Assembly (NCBI RefSeq): GCF_041146345.1
Contig: NW_027191413.1
Span: forward strand, 1,488,001 to 1,552,000
Reading direction: 5' to 3'
DNA from: Neodothiora populina
Taxonomy: Eukaryota
DNA length: 64,000 nucleotides
The position numbers were made by a program, and so were the translations under genes. The notes beneath the pieces were generated by a model. It did no database searches. It had not been told where the DNA came from and saw only the letters and a program-made list of their open reading frames with translations. Below, piece after piece: positions 36,081 to 48,067 of the stretch. How positions within the stretch are numbered: the first letter of the stretch is position 1; each line of letters starts with the position of its first letter.

Positions 36081-37430
36081 TCAGGAATGCAATTTTCCTG
36101 CTGTGACCAAGTTCACCATCTTCACCAGAATGTTGCCCACGAAGGCCGCTGCGAGCACAGGCGTGAAGATCTGGCAGAACTCGAGCTGAGACTTTGGCTT
36201 GACTTCGGTCTCGATGTAACCGTTGCCTGGCTTGTCTTTGCCTGCGATACGCACAGCATCCGGGTCTGCGGGCAGCCGACCTGTCCGTTGGTAGTAGTCT
36301 ATGATCTCGTCCTTCTCTTGCCATCGCTTCAGCAGCCACTCTTCCATAGCTTTATGATCATCGACAGGTATGTCCGAGACCTTGAAGCGCCGCCAATGAA
36401 GATTTACACTCTTGGGTGGTCGTCCTTCGAAGTAGACTGCCCGTAGGGTGAATATCTCACTAGCGAGCTGACCCGGCGAAGTACCCTCGTAACAAATAGT
36501 GCAATCGTAGAGATACTCGACAGTGTCCTTGAGCTCCGAGAGACAGAATTGTAGGCCAGTACTCCGCGGCAATAGCCCGTGCTTCACATCGGGAGTGCCT
36601 GACTTCGCACTCCATGCTGCGGAACGGTTGCGTGTGTTCCGGCTGAGGTTGGTACCTTCAGGGAAGATCAGTAGCCACATGGGGTCGAGCTGTGCGCTGC
36701 CCTCTGAACCTGACATCGGTCCACTGTGCCTCGTGTTGAGTTTCTCAAGTCGATGTCTTAGGCGAGGTTGATCTTTCTCCCACTTTCGTGCCATGAAGAT
36801 GAAGTTGTACAGCATCATGGCTGGGCCGATGACGGGAACATACTTCAAACTCTCCTTCAAGATTATGTAGATGTGGCCATGGAGTCCAGCAGTGTAAGAG
36901 GCCCACCAGAGGTACAGCCAGTCTGTGTAGATCTGATGGTTGGCGATTAGAACGATACGTTCAGGAAAGTCAAGCTCCAGTCGACCATCGGCAAGCTGCT
37001 TGAGTTGACCGCTGACAGATGAGTCGCCTGACACACGAATCACAGTAGGTGACCACCACTGCGTTCCAACGGTAGCTAAAAGACCAAAATACTGCTTGGT
37101 CACAGCCATATAGGCATAGAAGTAATCTCGATTGTAGAAATATAATGGCAAGCCAAGTAATTGCGCGCCATGTATGCTGCAGCTTTGTCAGACAGCTATC
37201 TTACTTGTAAGTTGTTGTGGACATGCTTACAAGATACAGCTGATAGTAAAGAAAATGGTAAACAAAAATATCCGCAGAGCTTGCATAGGACCACCATGCT
37301 TGACGGGTCCAGCGGGATGGTCGTCCTGTAGCTTGTTTGGATTACCCAAGGAAGACTGTGTTGTTACTTTGCCATTTGGCTGTATGGCTGTCTTCCGCTG
37401 CTTCATGCCTTCTGTATTGAGCTGCACCAT
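36081..37430 (-). CDS. 1-acylglycerophospholipid acyltransferase (Cst26/Psi1-LCLAT-like)
   Basis: NHQIYTDW (HxxxxD), ILKESLK, FIFMARKW, IFPEGT and LLPRSTG motifs. Intron 37177-37230 links the 5' exon (ATG 37430) in frame. Confidence 0.9.
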
Positions 37431-37926
37431 GATGGCCAGACTTTCTGATATGTTGTTGAAGTTGAGATGAACGGATGCGCCGGACCCATCTAGTAGAGGT
37501 GTCTGAATTCAGAGGGTTTGATCAGCACAAGCGTCGTATACCGTGTATGCTAGGCGTCAATTTGCTTTGGATAGCAAGAAAACTATGAATCATCAAAATG
37601 ACAGGCTGGTCAGGCGTCTACATTTGTCGATTATGGATTTGAAAACGCTGGCATGTGATGCTTCAATTTTAGTACAGATGTACTCGTGCTCCGGCCTAAG
37701 TCCGATGAGGCTTATCCAATTGCATCATCGAAGCTTCTTGACTCGTGCCACGGTGCGCATCTGACTAATGCAAGGTCGCTTCGTCCAAGTCGTCTTAAGT
37801 GTTGTAGTCAAAATATACCTAACCTTGGTAAACGACATGATCACTAGCTCGTGACAAAGTGATCAACGATAAGGTAGTGCGAGCAAACTTGATTAGGTCT
37901 TATCACTGGTAGCCATATCTTCGCGC

Positions 37927-39341
37927 ATGACTCCACACTATGGTAGCATGAGGCCCATCTTCGCGCGCTTGTCGCCAAACAGGTCGCTACTGCGATGTTT
38001 CTCATCGACACGGTGCCGATGGGAAATCAGGGACATCGCCGCTCTGCCTGACCGTATCTCTCCATCATATCAAGGTATGGTCTGCCAAGACTCCTCTGTG
38101 CTGATATAGCTCAACTTGCTGGAACACTCACTCAGTGCTCGCCAGAAACAACGCACCATGATCTCCTCTGTCTGCAGTGGCCACAGCCTCCTAGGAATGT
38201 CCTTGTGGTCATCAAAGATGGCTCACCTGCCGTAAGAGACACTATGATCGAGTATGCCAACCATATCAACTCTACTTACCCAGATGTTTCTCTAATCCTG
38301 GAGCCTCATGTCGCCCGTGAAGTCCATGAAGGTCTCGAGTTTCCTGTTTACACCACTGCTGGAGTTTCAACGCCTGCCAATGTACGTCTACAAGACAAAG
38401 TCGACGTAACGTGCACGCTGGGAGGTGATGGTACGATCCTCCATGCCAGTTCACTTTTTGCCACTGCAAGGGATGTACCACCTGTCCTGTCCTTCAGCAT
38501 GGGTACACTTGGTTTCTTAGGCGAATGGAAGTTCTCTGAGCATAAGCGTGCTTTCAGAGAAGTATTCATGTCTGGCGCGGCCGCTGGATACGGAAGCTCG
38601 CTTCTCCAATCTGAAGGAAACAGTGAAGCTGCGGATAAGTCTTCTGTATTGACCGGATGGTCTTCTGTCCGTGGAAAATCTATGGGACCTTCGCGTAGCT
38701 CGCGCGTGCTACTTCGCAATCGCCTCAAAGTCGGCATTTTTGCTGCGGACGGTACTCCTCTTACGCATGAAAAGCCATCTTCTCATGTAGCCACACGGGA
38801 GCGTCATACCACTGAGGAAGTGTATGCTATGAACGAGGTATTGCTACATCGTGGAAGAGAGCCACATCTTGCCATAATCAACATCTACGTTGGAGGCCGA
38901 TTTTTAACAGAAGCTGTCGCCGACGGATTGCTAATAAGTACACCTACCGGATCGACTGCATACTCATTAAGCTCAGGCGGAAGCATCGTACACCCATTGG
39001 TGTCTTCACTGCTTCTGACACCAATTTGCGCGCGGTCTCTCTCGTTCAGACCCCTTGTACTTCCTGCAAATACACCTATCACCCTTACTTTATCAGAAAA
39101 GAATAGAGGTGATGAGGTCGAAGTGAGCGTGGACGGCGTGCGGAGGGAGAAGGGTCTCACAAGAGGCATGGAAGTGAGGGTGGTTGGTGAAGATATCCGA
39201 AGCGATCAACGAGAATGGGGAGGTGGTGTCCCGAGCATTGTTAGAGCCGGCAACGCTGGCGGGTCAGATGGTCAGGACCACTGGGTTGGCGGTCTCAATG
39301 GCCTACTCAAGTTCAATTATCCATTCGGGGAAGATGAGTGA
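37927..39341 (+). CDS. POS5: Mitochondrial NADH kinase
   Basis: Arg/Ser-rich presequence (..RCFSSTRCR), LGGDGTILH, FSMGTLGFL, MNEV, ADG..STPTGSTAYSLSSGG and LTPICARSLSFRP. Intron 38075-38145. The start could instead be the second ATG at 37948. Confidence 0.9.
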
Positions 39342-41371
39342 TCAATCACAGATGTCTATCTGGTCTGAGATATGGGTAATATAGCGGAAGATCTGTTGAT
39401 GCAACAGGAGGATCCTTCGAAAAGAGATATACAAATGATGTCTGAGAAGTAGACATGAAGATAAAGTGAGCACATTTAGATGGGAGCACTGGAACTATCT
39501 GCGTATTGCTACAGCTCGGACCCTTCAGTATAATGATCATTTCAGAATTGAGATGAGTGAAGGCTGTGGTCTACTTCAACATATGAAGCGTCCAGCGCTT
39601 ATAAGCTTGCATGAATCGATGAAGAGACTGGTTATGATTCGTGAAGCTGATATTGGGGCCGTGGCCAAAAAGTACATATGTATGGAGTCTTTGAGAACAC
39701 GTTCTGCTGCCGTATGTCAAGCTAGTAAAGTCTTGTCATTCGTGCAGTAAATAGTCGTACCACACCAAGACTTCGAGGCATTGGTCCGCTCCGCTCGACC
39801 TGGTCGTGTGCTTCGTCCTGCACACCGGATACGAGATGGCTCGATGTCAGGTCGATCGGGTGAGTGTTTCCTTGCACTACTCGCTAGATTCACTCACAGT
39901 CACTACTCTCGCTCGGACCAGATGGTCTTCCTGCACGCATCGCATACCCCTCGCCTCGCCTCGGTGCTACCAAAGGAATGCACGGTTGCAAGGGACGAGA
40001 CCTAGCGGAGCTCGCCGCGTTGCCTCGCAAGAAAAAAAAACATTTGCCGTTTAGGGCACCAAAATTGCAACGATCTTGGAAATAGCCTTGGGCAGCACCC
40101 ATGGTGTCACAGTATATGGTGATATGACACCCTTCTACCAGTATGCCCCTTTTGACGCAAAAAGCAATTGTCCATTATTGTGTATGCAAACAATATGAAT
40201 AGTTGGCAGTGAAATGTTATACACCGGCGTGATGTGACGTCGGCTTTAGTTGTCGGGTTATTGGAGCAGTCTTTGACGTGGGGCTGCGAACTACGGCACG
40301 GTCAATCAAGGGCTCCAGACTCGAGCTAGTGTCAAGTTAGTCAAATCTTCGCCGCATCTGTCTGCAGAGCTGCACCGAATCATCCAGACACGAGGTCGCG
40401 TTCTCGATTCTGATTGGCTGTTGCTCACTACAAGCCCTTCTGACGTCTACAGACGTCCTGTTACCTGCTAACAGCGAAGGCGCTTTCAACCTTCTCGGCA
40501 TGTCGTTGTGGCTGCTATTTCCTAATGCTTGTCATTGTTCTATAGCTACAGCCAAGACTCTGGCAAGATTGACAGAAGAAGGCAAAACAACAAAGGAAAG
40601 TATGAATTGGAGCAGTGAACGAACAAAGATATATTGCGACATCGAGCAATTCGCAAGTTGCAAATACCACAGTCGATCAAAAGTTACCTAGAGAGTTTCT
40701 AGAGCTGCCACGCCCCATGTTTCAACCAACTCGTAATTGTTGCCATGTCTGAGCTTCAACGTTACCCGCATAAGGCCCACTCTCAGCAAGTTCTGTGCCC
40801 CATCAAGCGTGGCAAGGGCATGGAAAAAATGTCTGCGCTGAGCCAACATAACCAATGGCTACCTCGCCTCGGTATCTCCCTAGTTTAAACCCCCATTTCG
40901 GACTTATTTTTGTTCGGGAAATATATAGAAGGCCAGTCCGGGCCGCCTGCTGGTCTCCAATTGACCATATTGGATATCATCCTTCCTGCGCGTCCACTCA
41001 AGGTCTTCGTACTCTGCACGTTTCTTGTGCAGATCCGCGGGAACCGATCGTCCCTATTGAGTACTCCACCGACATTCCTCTTGAGTACCAGGGTGTTCTT
41101 CACGAACCACTAATACTTCTACATCCCCCGTCGTGCTACTACTTCAACAAATACAGCCAAACCCAAATTCCTCCCGTGGTGCCTTGCGGCAACCTTCCGA
41201 CTTGGACATTCGTCATTACATCTCTAGAACGCCATCACAGTCTAAGCTTATAACAAGAAGCTTGTCGCTGCACATACGTGAGCTTAGCCACGCTTTACGG
41301 CTCTTGGCCAGCTCTACCACATAGTAGCTTCCTCTTCGCCGTGTCAGCGCTTTTACATTTCGTTACACACA

Positions 41372-43453
41372 ATGGCATCCGAAGCATCTATCAGAGACTA
41401 CGGTCTTGCAGTTCCACATGGACCCAACAACACTGGAGAACATGTTGCGACTGCTGATATTGGTGCCATGTCCTCCAACGAGGCTGGAGTGTTCCAAAGT
41501 CTATTAAAGCCGGACGACAGTTATGATGCAGAGGGCACCTACTGGGCCGACATGGGCTTCGTGAAGAAACTGAAATTCGTGGGAGGTGTGGATGCAGCGG
41601 AAACGAAACAAGAGGTTTCTGCGACTTGGGCGATGATCAAGCGCGATCCTCTGAGCCCCATTGGATACTACATGCGCAACATGGTTATTCCTGGCGCCGG
41701 TCTCGGTCTTGAAGGCTACGTCCTCTTCTCTATTGGCAACATCAAGCCTCTTCTTGCAGCTGCATTCCCTGACTGCTGGGGAACGTTCGAGACCTGCGAC
41801 AAGACTTGGATCGATGCACTGGACTACCTCGAGATCGTTGGTATCATTGTCGGACAAATCCTTGTCGGTGTCATTGGTGACTGGCTCGGTCGTCGCTGGG
41901 GTCTTATTCAAGATGCTCTTATCATGTTCATTGGTCTTCTCATGCTCACTGCTGCATGGGGAGTTACGCAAAACGGCTGGGTCATCTGTTACGTCTGGGC
42001 ACTTTGGTTCTACGGCATTGGCGTCGGTGGTGAATATCCCATGACTGCTACTTCTGGAATGGAGAACGCCGTTGGTTCAGGAAAAGTCTCGACCAAGTCG
42101 GATCGCCTGCACCGTGGTCGTAAGGTCACTTCTGCTTTCCTGATGCAAGGCTGGGGTCAATTCTTCAACCAAGTCATCCTGATCATCCTGCTACTTATTT
42201 TCCACCACGGATCCGGCAACCCCCCTTACTCCGAGGTCGCCGTTCAATGGACTTACCGCATCTCATTCGCCATCCCCGCCGTCGGTACCCTTTGGCTAGT
42301 CTACTTCCGTACTTTCAAGATGAGATCTGCATCGAAACAGCTCGCAGCTGCCAAGAAGAAGTCCAATGTCACTGGTTACGACAAGCAATCACTCAAAATG
42401 ACCTTCTCTTACTTTGGCCCTCGTCTCCTCGCGACTGCTGGTGGCTGGTATGCCAACGATGTGTTCTTCTATGGCAACAAGCTCTTCCAAAGCGAGTTCA
42501 TCAAAGTCCTTACTCCTAACAACAAATCAGTGATGGAGGGATGGTTGTACAACCTGATCAACGTCGGTGTTTCCTTGTGCGGCTACTATCTTGCATCTTT
42601 CCTCATTGACAACAAGATCTATGGGCGCAAGTGGATGCAGATTGTTGGTTTCGTACTTGACTTCATCCTCTTCGTGATTCCGGCCTTCAACTACGAATAC
42701 TACACATCCCCTGAGCACGTCCACGCTTTCCAGGCCATGTACTTCTTGTCGTCTTTTTTCAACCAATTCGGTCCCAACTCCGTCAGTTTCTTGGTTGCCG
42801 CAGAGGTCTTCCCTACGCCTATCAGAGCGACTGCCCATGGTTTCAGTGCTGCTTGCGGTAAGCTCGGTGCTCTCACCGCTGCTGTTCTCTACAATTACAT
42901 CGACACCCAGACCAAGTTCCTGGTTGTTCCGTGGTTCGGACTTGCTGGTGCACTTCTCACTCTGGTATTCCTCCCTGATACTACTGGTCTCGATTTGAAA
43001 GAGCAAGAACGTCGCTGGACATTCATCCGCGCTGGTCGTGAGGAGGACTACCACGGAGTTGCCATTCACCCTCACCATCTATCTTTGTGGGAGCGCTTTA
43101 GAGGCGTTGGAAAGCACTACGACGCTGAGCTTGACTACCAGCAACGTGTGGAGGAAATGCGCCACGAATGGGAGGAGAGCATGGCTCGCAAGGTCGCCGA
43201 GAAAGAAGCTGCCATTGATGATTACGATGACCAAGACTGGCACAGTGATGTCTCCAGCTTCTTCGCTCGTACTAAGAACACGCCTCGCAACGGCCGTCCT
43301 TCTCCATTCAGCAGCCCCATGATCCGTGGCAGCCCGATGATGCGTGGTAATGAGAAGCCCATGAGCGCATTACCCAGTCCCATGATGCGCGGCATGGTAA
43401 AAGAGGAGGATGAGACGAATCTGGAGCCAGACCTCGACAAAAGGGAATCATGA
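41372..43453 (+). CDS. MFS phosphate:H+ symporter-family (Pho84-related) transporter
   Basis: Intronless 693-aa polytopic ORF with GDWLGRRWG, GIGVGGEYP, FLMQGWGQ, NDVFFYG, NQFGPNS, AEVFPTPIRATAHGFSAACGKLG and LPDT. Confidence 0.85.
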   Translation: MASEASIRDYGLAVPHGPNNTGEHVATADIGAMSSNEAGVFQSLLKPDDSYDAEGTYWADMGFVKKLKFVGGVDAAETKQEVSATWAMIKRDPLSPIGYYMRNMVIPGAGLGLEGYVLFSIGNIKPLLAAAFPDCWGTFETCDKTWIDALDYLEIVGIIVGQILVGVIGDWLGRRWGLIQDALIMFIGLLMLTAAWGVTQNGWVICYVWALWFYGIGVGGEYPMTATSGMENAVGSGKVSTKSDRLHRGRKVTSAFLMQGWGQFFNQVILIILLLIFHHGSGNPPYSEVAVQWTYRISFAIPAVGTLWLVYFRTFKMRSASKQLAAAKKKSNVTGYDKQSLKMTFSYFGPRLLATAGGWYANDVFFYGNKLFQSEFIKVLTPNNKSVMEGWLYNLINVGVSLCGYYLASFLIDNKIYGRKWMQIVGFVLDFILFVIPAFNYEYYTSPEHVHAFQAMYFLSSFFNQFGPNSVSFLVAAEVFPTPIRATAHGFSAACGKLGALTAAVLYNYIDTQTKFLVVPWFGLAGALLTLVFLPDTTGLDLKEQERRWTFIRAGREEDYHGVAIHPHHLSLWERFRGVGKHYDAELDYQQRVEEMRHEWEESMARKVAEKEAAIDDYDDQDWHSDVSSFFARTKNTPRNGRPSPFSSPMIRGSPMMRGNEKPMSALPSPMMRGMVKEEDETNLEPDLDKRES

Positions 43454-44185
43454 GGACAGGACGACATTCATGGCTTCATTGGTCTGAGATGACCTTGCCT
43501 TTGATTCACAGCGACTTTAGACTTAGCGCGCGCGCGAGCATTTACATCTAATTGCGACGACTTTACGACCTAATAGCTTGCTAAGATTATGCAACCAAAA
43601 GTTACGATATTACCTTCCAGCATTCGCATCTCCTGCACCCATGTTCATGATATCTAATTGTAGACACCTCGTGCATATTTCGGTAACTTGCCTTTAAAGT
43701 GTTTCTTGTGTAATGCAAAGCCCTGTAAAGCAAGGAAGGTAGGCGAGGTTCGTCAGTATGGCGAAGCCAGAAAAAGTATAGAAGTGAGGTATGATCCACA
43801 GAACTATCCCACAATCTCTTATCGGTACCTCCGTGGAGAAAGGTTGCGCCAATGACGTGGCTGGAAGAAGTAAAATGCACCAAGAGCAGCGACAGGCACT
43901 TTCCTCTTACCAAAGAAATGCGAGAGCTCCGGGGCGCCGTTCAACAAGATCAAGGTTCTCCGGAGACTCAGTTGCTGATTAGGTATGACTTCAACACCAT
44001 GTTATCGTGATCCGTTGCGGTGGTTGTTGTTTATTGCTGCTGTTCTCCCGCGCGCGCTCTGAGCTTATCTCTTATATTGCGACGTCCGTGAGGTTTGCAA
44101 CAATATTCTGTTAGGCCTCGCTGTTCTTATACATATATTGTCTGCTGTTAGCGCATCGTGTGCGTCTTGTACCTACCTTAGCAGT

Positions 44186-45306
44186 ATGAAAGGAGTAACA
44201 CATCAGTCCGAAAGCGAGCACTTCTCGCCGTACAGAGCAGATGGAAAGCTGGTGAGTCGAGTAGAGCAAGCTTCACTGCGTGTCTTTTTCATGTACTTAT
44301 GAGACAACAGTATGGTTTCGTGTGTATAGTCACGGGTGGTGCTCAGGCTATCGGCAAGTCGATTGTTCTCGAGCTTGCAGGTGAGCTTTCACTGGAAATA
44401 CATGACCACTCTTCTTGAGGATTGGCGAAATTGATTCGTGGGCGACACTCTTAGCGCATGGTGCGGCAGTCATCTATGCATGCTCTGACATTGGACTCGA
44501 GAACTACAAGGAGGTGGTCGACGAGGTTCACGCGCAATTTCCCAACACCAAAGTCATAGGCTACCCCTATGGCTTGAAAGAGGAAGACACCCTGACACTG
44601 ATTGACGATGTGCTCAATGCATGGGGCCGGTGAGTCAGCTCGCATGCTCTTGCCATAGATCTACTCGCCTTGAAACTGATACTGACGACGAGCTTGTTCG
44701 CACAGTCTCGATGTATGGGTGACGTCCTCAGGCCTCCTAGGCCCACCATCAATCACCTCGACGACGCCCGCAGATCTATACAAGACATTCGAAGCCAACA
44801 GCATGGCGCCCTTTTTCGCGCTGAAATACGGACCACCCGCCATGGCAAAGACAACAGCAAAGGGCAACTACCTGAACGCGGCGCCCAAGGACGTGGCCTA
44901 CGGGTCCATCATCGTCGTGTCCAGCGTGGCAAGCACATATGGAGGATGCTGGGGACCCGCGTTCACCATGTCTTCGCACGCAGCACTGGGAGTGGTGCGC
45001 GCAGGCGTCGCGGTGCTCAAGGGGACGAATGTGCGTATCAACGCCATCAGTCCCGGCCAGATCGATGTCGGGGTCAGTCTGCAGGGTATGGACATGCGAG
45101 GACTCAACTCGCAGCTTCCCCCTGCGGATCTGCAGAGCGACAAGGTCAGACAGCAGACTATTGGTCTTGAGCGAGCGGGAAACACTAAGGAGGTTGCTCG
45201 CGTTGCTGGCTTTCTTGCTTCTGGCTTCTCGTCTTATATCACTGGTGCGAACCTGGTGGTTGATGGCGGGGCTTCGGTGATGAATCCTCTTGCTGTTCCT
45301 ATCTAG
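44186..45306 (+). CDS. Short-chain dehydrogenase/reductase (atypical active site)
   Basis: Spliced model MKGVTHQ..GKL|YGFVCIVTGGAQAIG..|..AWGR|LDVWVTSSG.., with introns at about 44252-44310, 44381-44454 and 44630-44705. Also VRINAISPG and ASGFSSYITGANLVVDGG. Confidence 0.85.
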
Positions 45307-45710
45307 ATGAGACTGATCGGGCAGGCGCGAAACAAGATGTTAGATGGATATCTGTCAGCATTGAACTTGAATTTGCTTGCTGTCATCGTCCGATCGTGTA
45401 AAGTATATTGTACAGTATGTGAATATCTCGTCTCTTTCTATATTCGAGGAAGCCACGCAGGGGGGACAGTGTATGCAATATATTAATTTCCGCAAAGGGA
45501 CTAGCACATGTGTTCGTGACGTCGCCAGCAACTCCAGAAACATCAAAAGATTCCATCGACAAGTTCCGAACAATCCTTGGAAACAAACAAGGAAGTATCA
45601 CATAAAAGACCAACAATCTAATCATCACGCATCCTGCAAAGTTCATCAGCACCTCTTCATAGGATCAAAACAGCGTCAATAAGTCTTCAGAACCCTACAG
45701 AATCACAATC

Positions 45711-46478
45711 ATGCGAGCATCAATGATGCGTCTACAGGGGAGTTTGCAACGCAAAGCAATCGCCTCGATAGCCACCACGAGACAACCAGCACTGCGCCTA
45801 GCGCCTCTCGCAAGCGACACACAAAACTCATCACGAGCGCCATCAGCCTCGCACAACTTCTCCACAACCTCGGTACGAAGAGACGACAAGCCCTCCCACA
45901 ACAACTCGCCGCCAAACACCACATCGCGGGAATCCATCCTGCCGCAAACCCACTACGACATTTTTCCTTCTCTCGGACCCGCTGCGATCCCCCCGGCAGG
46001 GACGTTTGCGCTCGATCTCGGCGCGCTGAAAAGAGAGTTTTTGCAGCTACAGGGACGCGCGCACCCGGACCGAGTGGCGACGGACAAGAAAAGGCAGGCT
46101 GAAGCGGCCAGCGCGCGCATCAACGAGGCCTACAAGACGCTGCAGAATCCTCTGCTGAGGGCGCAGTACTTGCTTTCTCTGCGGGGCATAGACGTCGCGG
46201 AAGACGAGACGGCGAAAGTGGAGGATCAGGACTTGCTGATGGAGGTGTTGGAGACGAGGGAGGTGATTGAGGAGGCGCAGACTGAGGAGGACCTCGTGCC
46301 GCTCAAGGAGACGAATGAGAAGAGAGTCGATGCCAGTGTGGCTATTCTCGACGAGGCGTTCAGGACGGACGATCTCGACACGGCTAAGCGGGAGGCGGTC
46401 AAGTTGAGGTATTGGATCAATATTCGAGAGAGCATACATGCGTGGGAGCAGGGCAAGCCCGTTGTGCTCAATCATTAG
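45711..46478 (+). CDS. JAC1: Mitochondrial Fe-S cluster co-chaperone (HscB/Jac1)
   Basis: Presequence, J-domain THYDIF..AHPD..INEAYKTLQNPLLRAQYLL, and C-terminal LLMEVLE..VKLRYW. Confidence 0.93.
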   Translation: MRASMMRLQGSLQRKAIASIATTRQPALRLAPLASDTQNSSRAPSASHNFSTTSVRRDDKPSHNNSPPNTTSRESILPQTHYDIFPSLGPAAIPPAGTFALDLGALKREFLQLQGRAHPDRVATDKKRQAEAASARINEAYKTLQNPLLRAQYLLSLRGIDVAEDETAKVEDQDLLMEVLETREVIEEAQTEEDLVPLKETNEKRVDASVAILDEAFRTDDLDTAKREAVKLRYWINIRESIHAWEQGKPVVLNH

Positions 46479-46730
46479 AGTATGGAATCAGACGTCTCAC
46501 AGGTTTGTGGCGGAATTGGTGAGTTTGGACTTTCGAAGACCAATAAAAGATACCCAATTTTAGTCTATTCTTCCTTGCCCAAGATTGAGCAGGGTTATCT
46601 ATCCAAGCGTGCTGACAGCCATCTTGACTATACAACAGCCCCGTTGTCTACGTTCTCCGGATATGACCTTACAGGTAGGTGCGCGACATCAAAGTGTACT
46701 TGACGGAATTACCGAACCACTGTATGACAT

Positions 46731-47658
46731 TTACTTCGGGACGTCATCCGGAGGCAATAAAGACTCGGGGCCAAAGCTCATGGGCAGCAGCTGTTCAACA
46801 GTCATCGAAGTATACTTGCCTTCGCTGTCGTACATCAAAACCGGCATATGTGACTACAAGTCTTCTCGTCAGCGAAATGCCGAGTATTGATCACGTGCCA
46901 TGGATGAGACCATAAAACCACGAGGCCAAACAGAAGGAGGGAAAGAATGGGGGACAATATGCTTACCTCGCAGAACTCTCTGATGAACTGTCTGCACATG
47001 CCACACGGACTCGCTGGCGGGCTGATGTTCGTCGCTACCGCAAGTGCCTTGAAGTCGCCTCTCTTGTGTCCCTGTATGGCTCGTCAGCTGCGGTGGACCA
47101 GTGAAGGGACAAGTCGCGTATCAAGTGCTCGTGAGGTTCAATGCCTTGATTGACAACCATAGCTCAGGCAGGAAACATCTTTTGAAGAAGCAAACACATA
47201 CGTTGACAACAGCGGTGGCCAGCGCCACTCGCTCAGCACATGTGCCTACTGGGTATGCCGCGTTCTCCACGTTTGCACCGTGAATGACCTCGCCGGTTCG
47301 AGTCAACAGCGCGGCGCCGACTTGGAACTTGCTGTATGGGCCTGTAGCGTACTCGTCATCAGAACCAATTTCACGACAAAGAGTCCGCGCGGATAACGCG
47401 CTGCCTTGCCATCAACTCAAACCGCAGGCATTCCAGCCATAGGAGATCTAATCCTCTTCCATTCTCCTTGGTGCGGGAACCCGTAATTGAACGAACAACA
47501 GTAGATATACGAGACGGTAAACACGTACAGTATGCCTTGGCCTTGGCCTCGGCAGCGGCCGAGGACAGTGCATCGACCTCAGAAGTCGAGAGTCCGTGGA
47601 TCAAAGCGGTGTCATGGCGAGCATGGGTGGGCTTTGAAGGCGTGGAAGAGTCTGCCAT
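46731..47658 (-). CDS. CDD1: Cytidine deaminase (homotetrameric type)
   Basis: Spliced: AY|CPYSKFQVGAA, GANVENAAYPVGTCAER, SPCGMCRQFIREF and LLPMSFGP. Introns at 47342-47528, 47072-47201 and about 46854-46966. Confidence 0.93.
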
Positions 47659-48067
47659 TGTCTGATCTTGAGGAGAAAGTATGAAGTGAAGACAGGTAGT
47701 CAAAGGGAAGATCGGTTATGGTAGAAAGTAATACAGCTGTCTTGATCATTTACTTTATGATGGGATGTTGAGATAGGCGATGTCCGCCGCTTCCTACTTG
47801 TACCTTACGCTTTGGGAATGTGCTTGGCGGTGGTGGATGGCGACCCTGTCCTACGTGTTCAATTTTATCTCAATCTGATCCACAATCGATGGTTCCGTCT
47901 GGTCGGGCACGCATTGCTTGAAATGAATCTCCAGACTTGCGGCTCCATCATAGATATATAGTATCAACGTCAAATACAGCTCCAGTGCTCGGTGAAAATA
48001 TAATGTAGGCTTACAATGTGTCATTGTTCAAGACGAGGTTGAAAGTGGAGGAGATAAACCGCCGTCA

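Noticed and set aside
43526..43536. Short (GC)n run, and a CAT/CAC microsatellite near 61468-61503
   Set aside because: Ordinary short simple repeats with no evidence of function.
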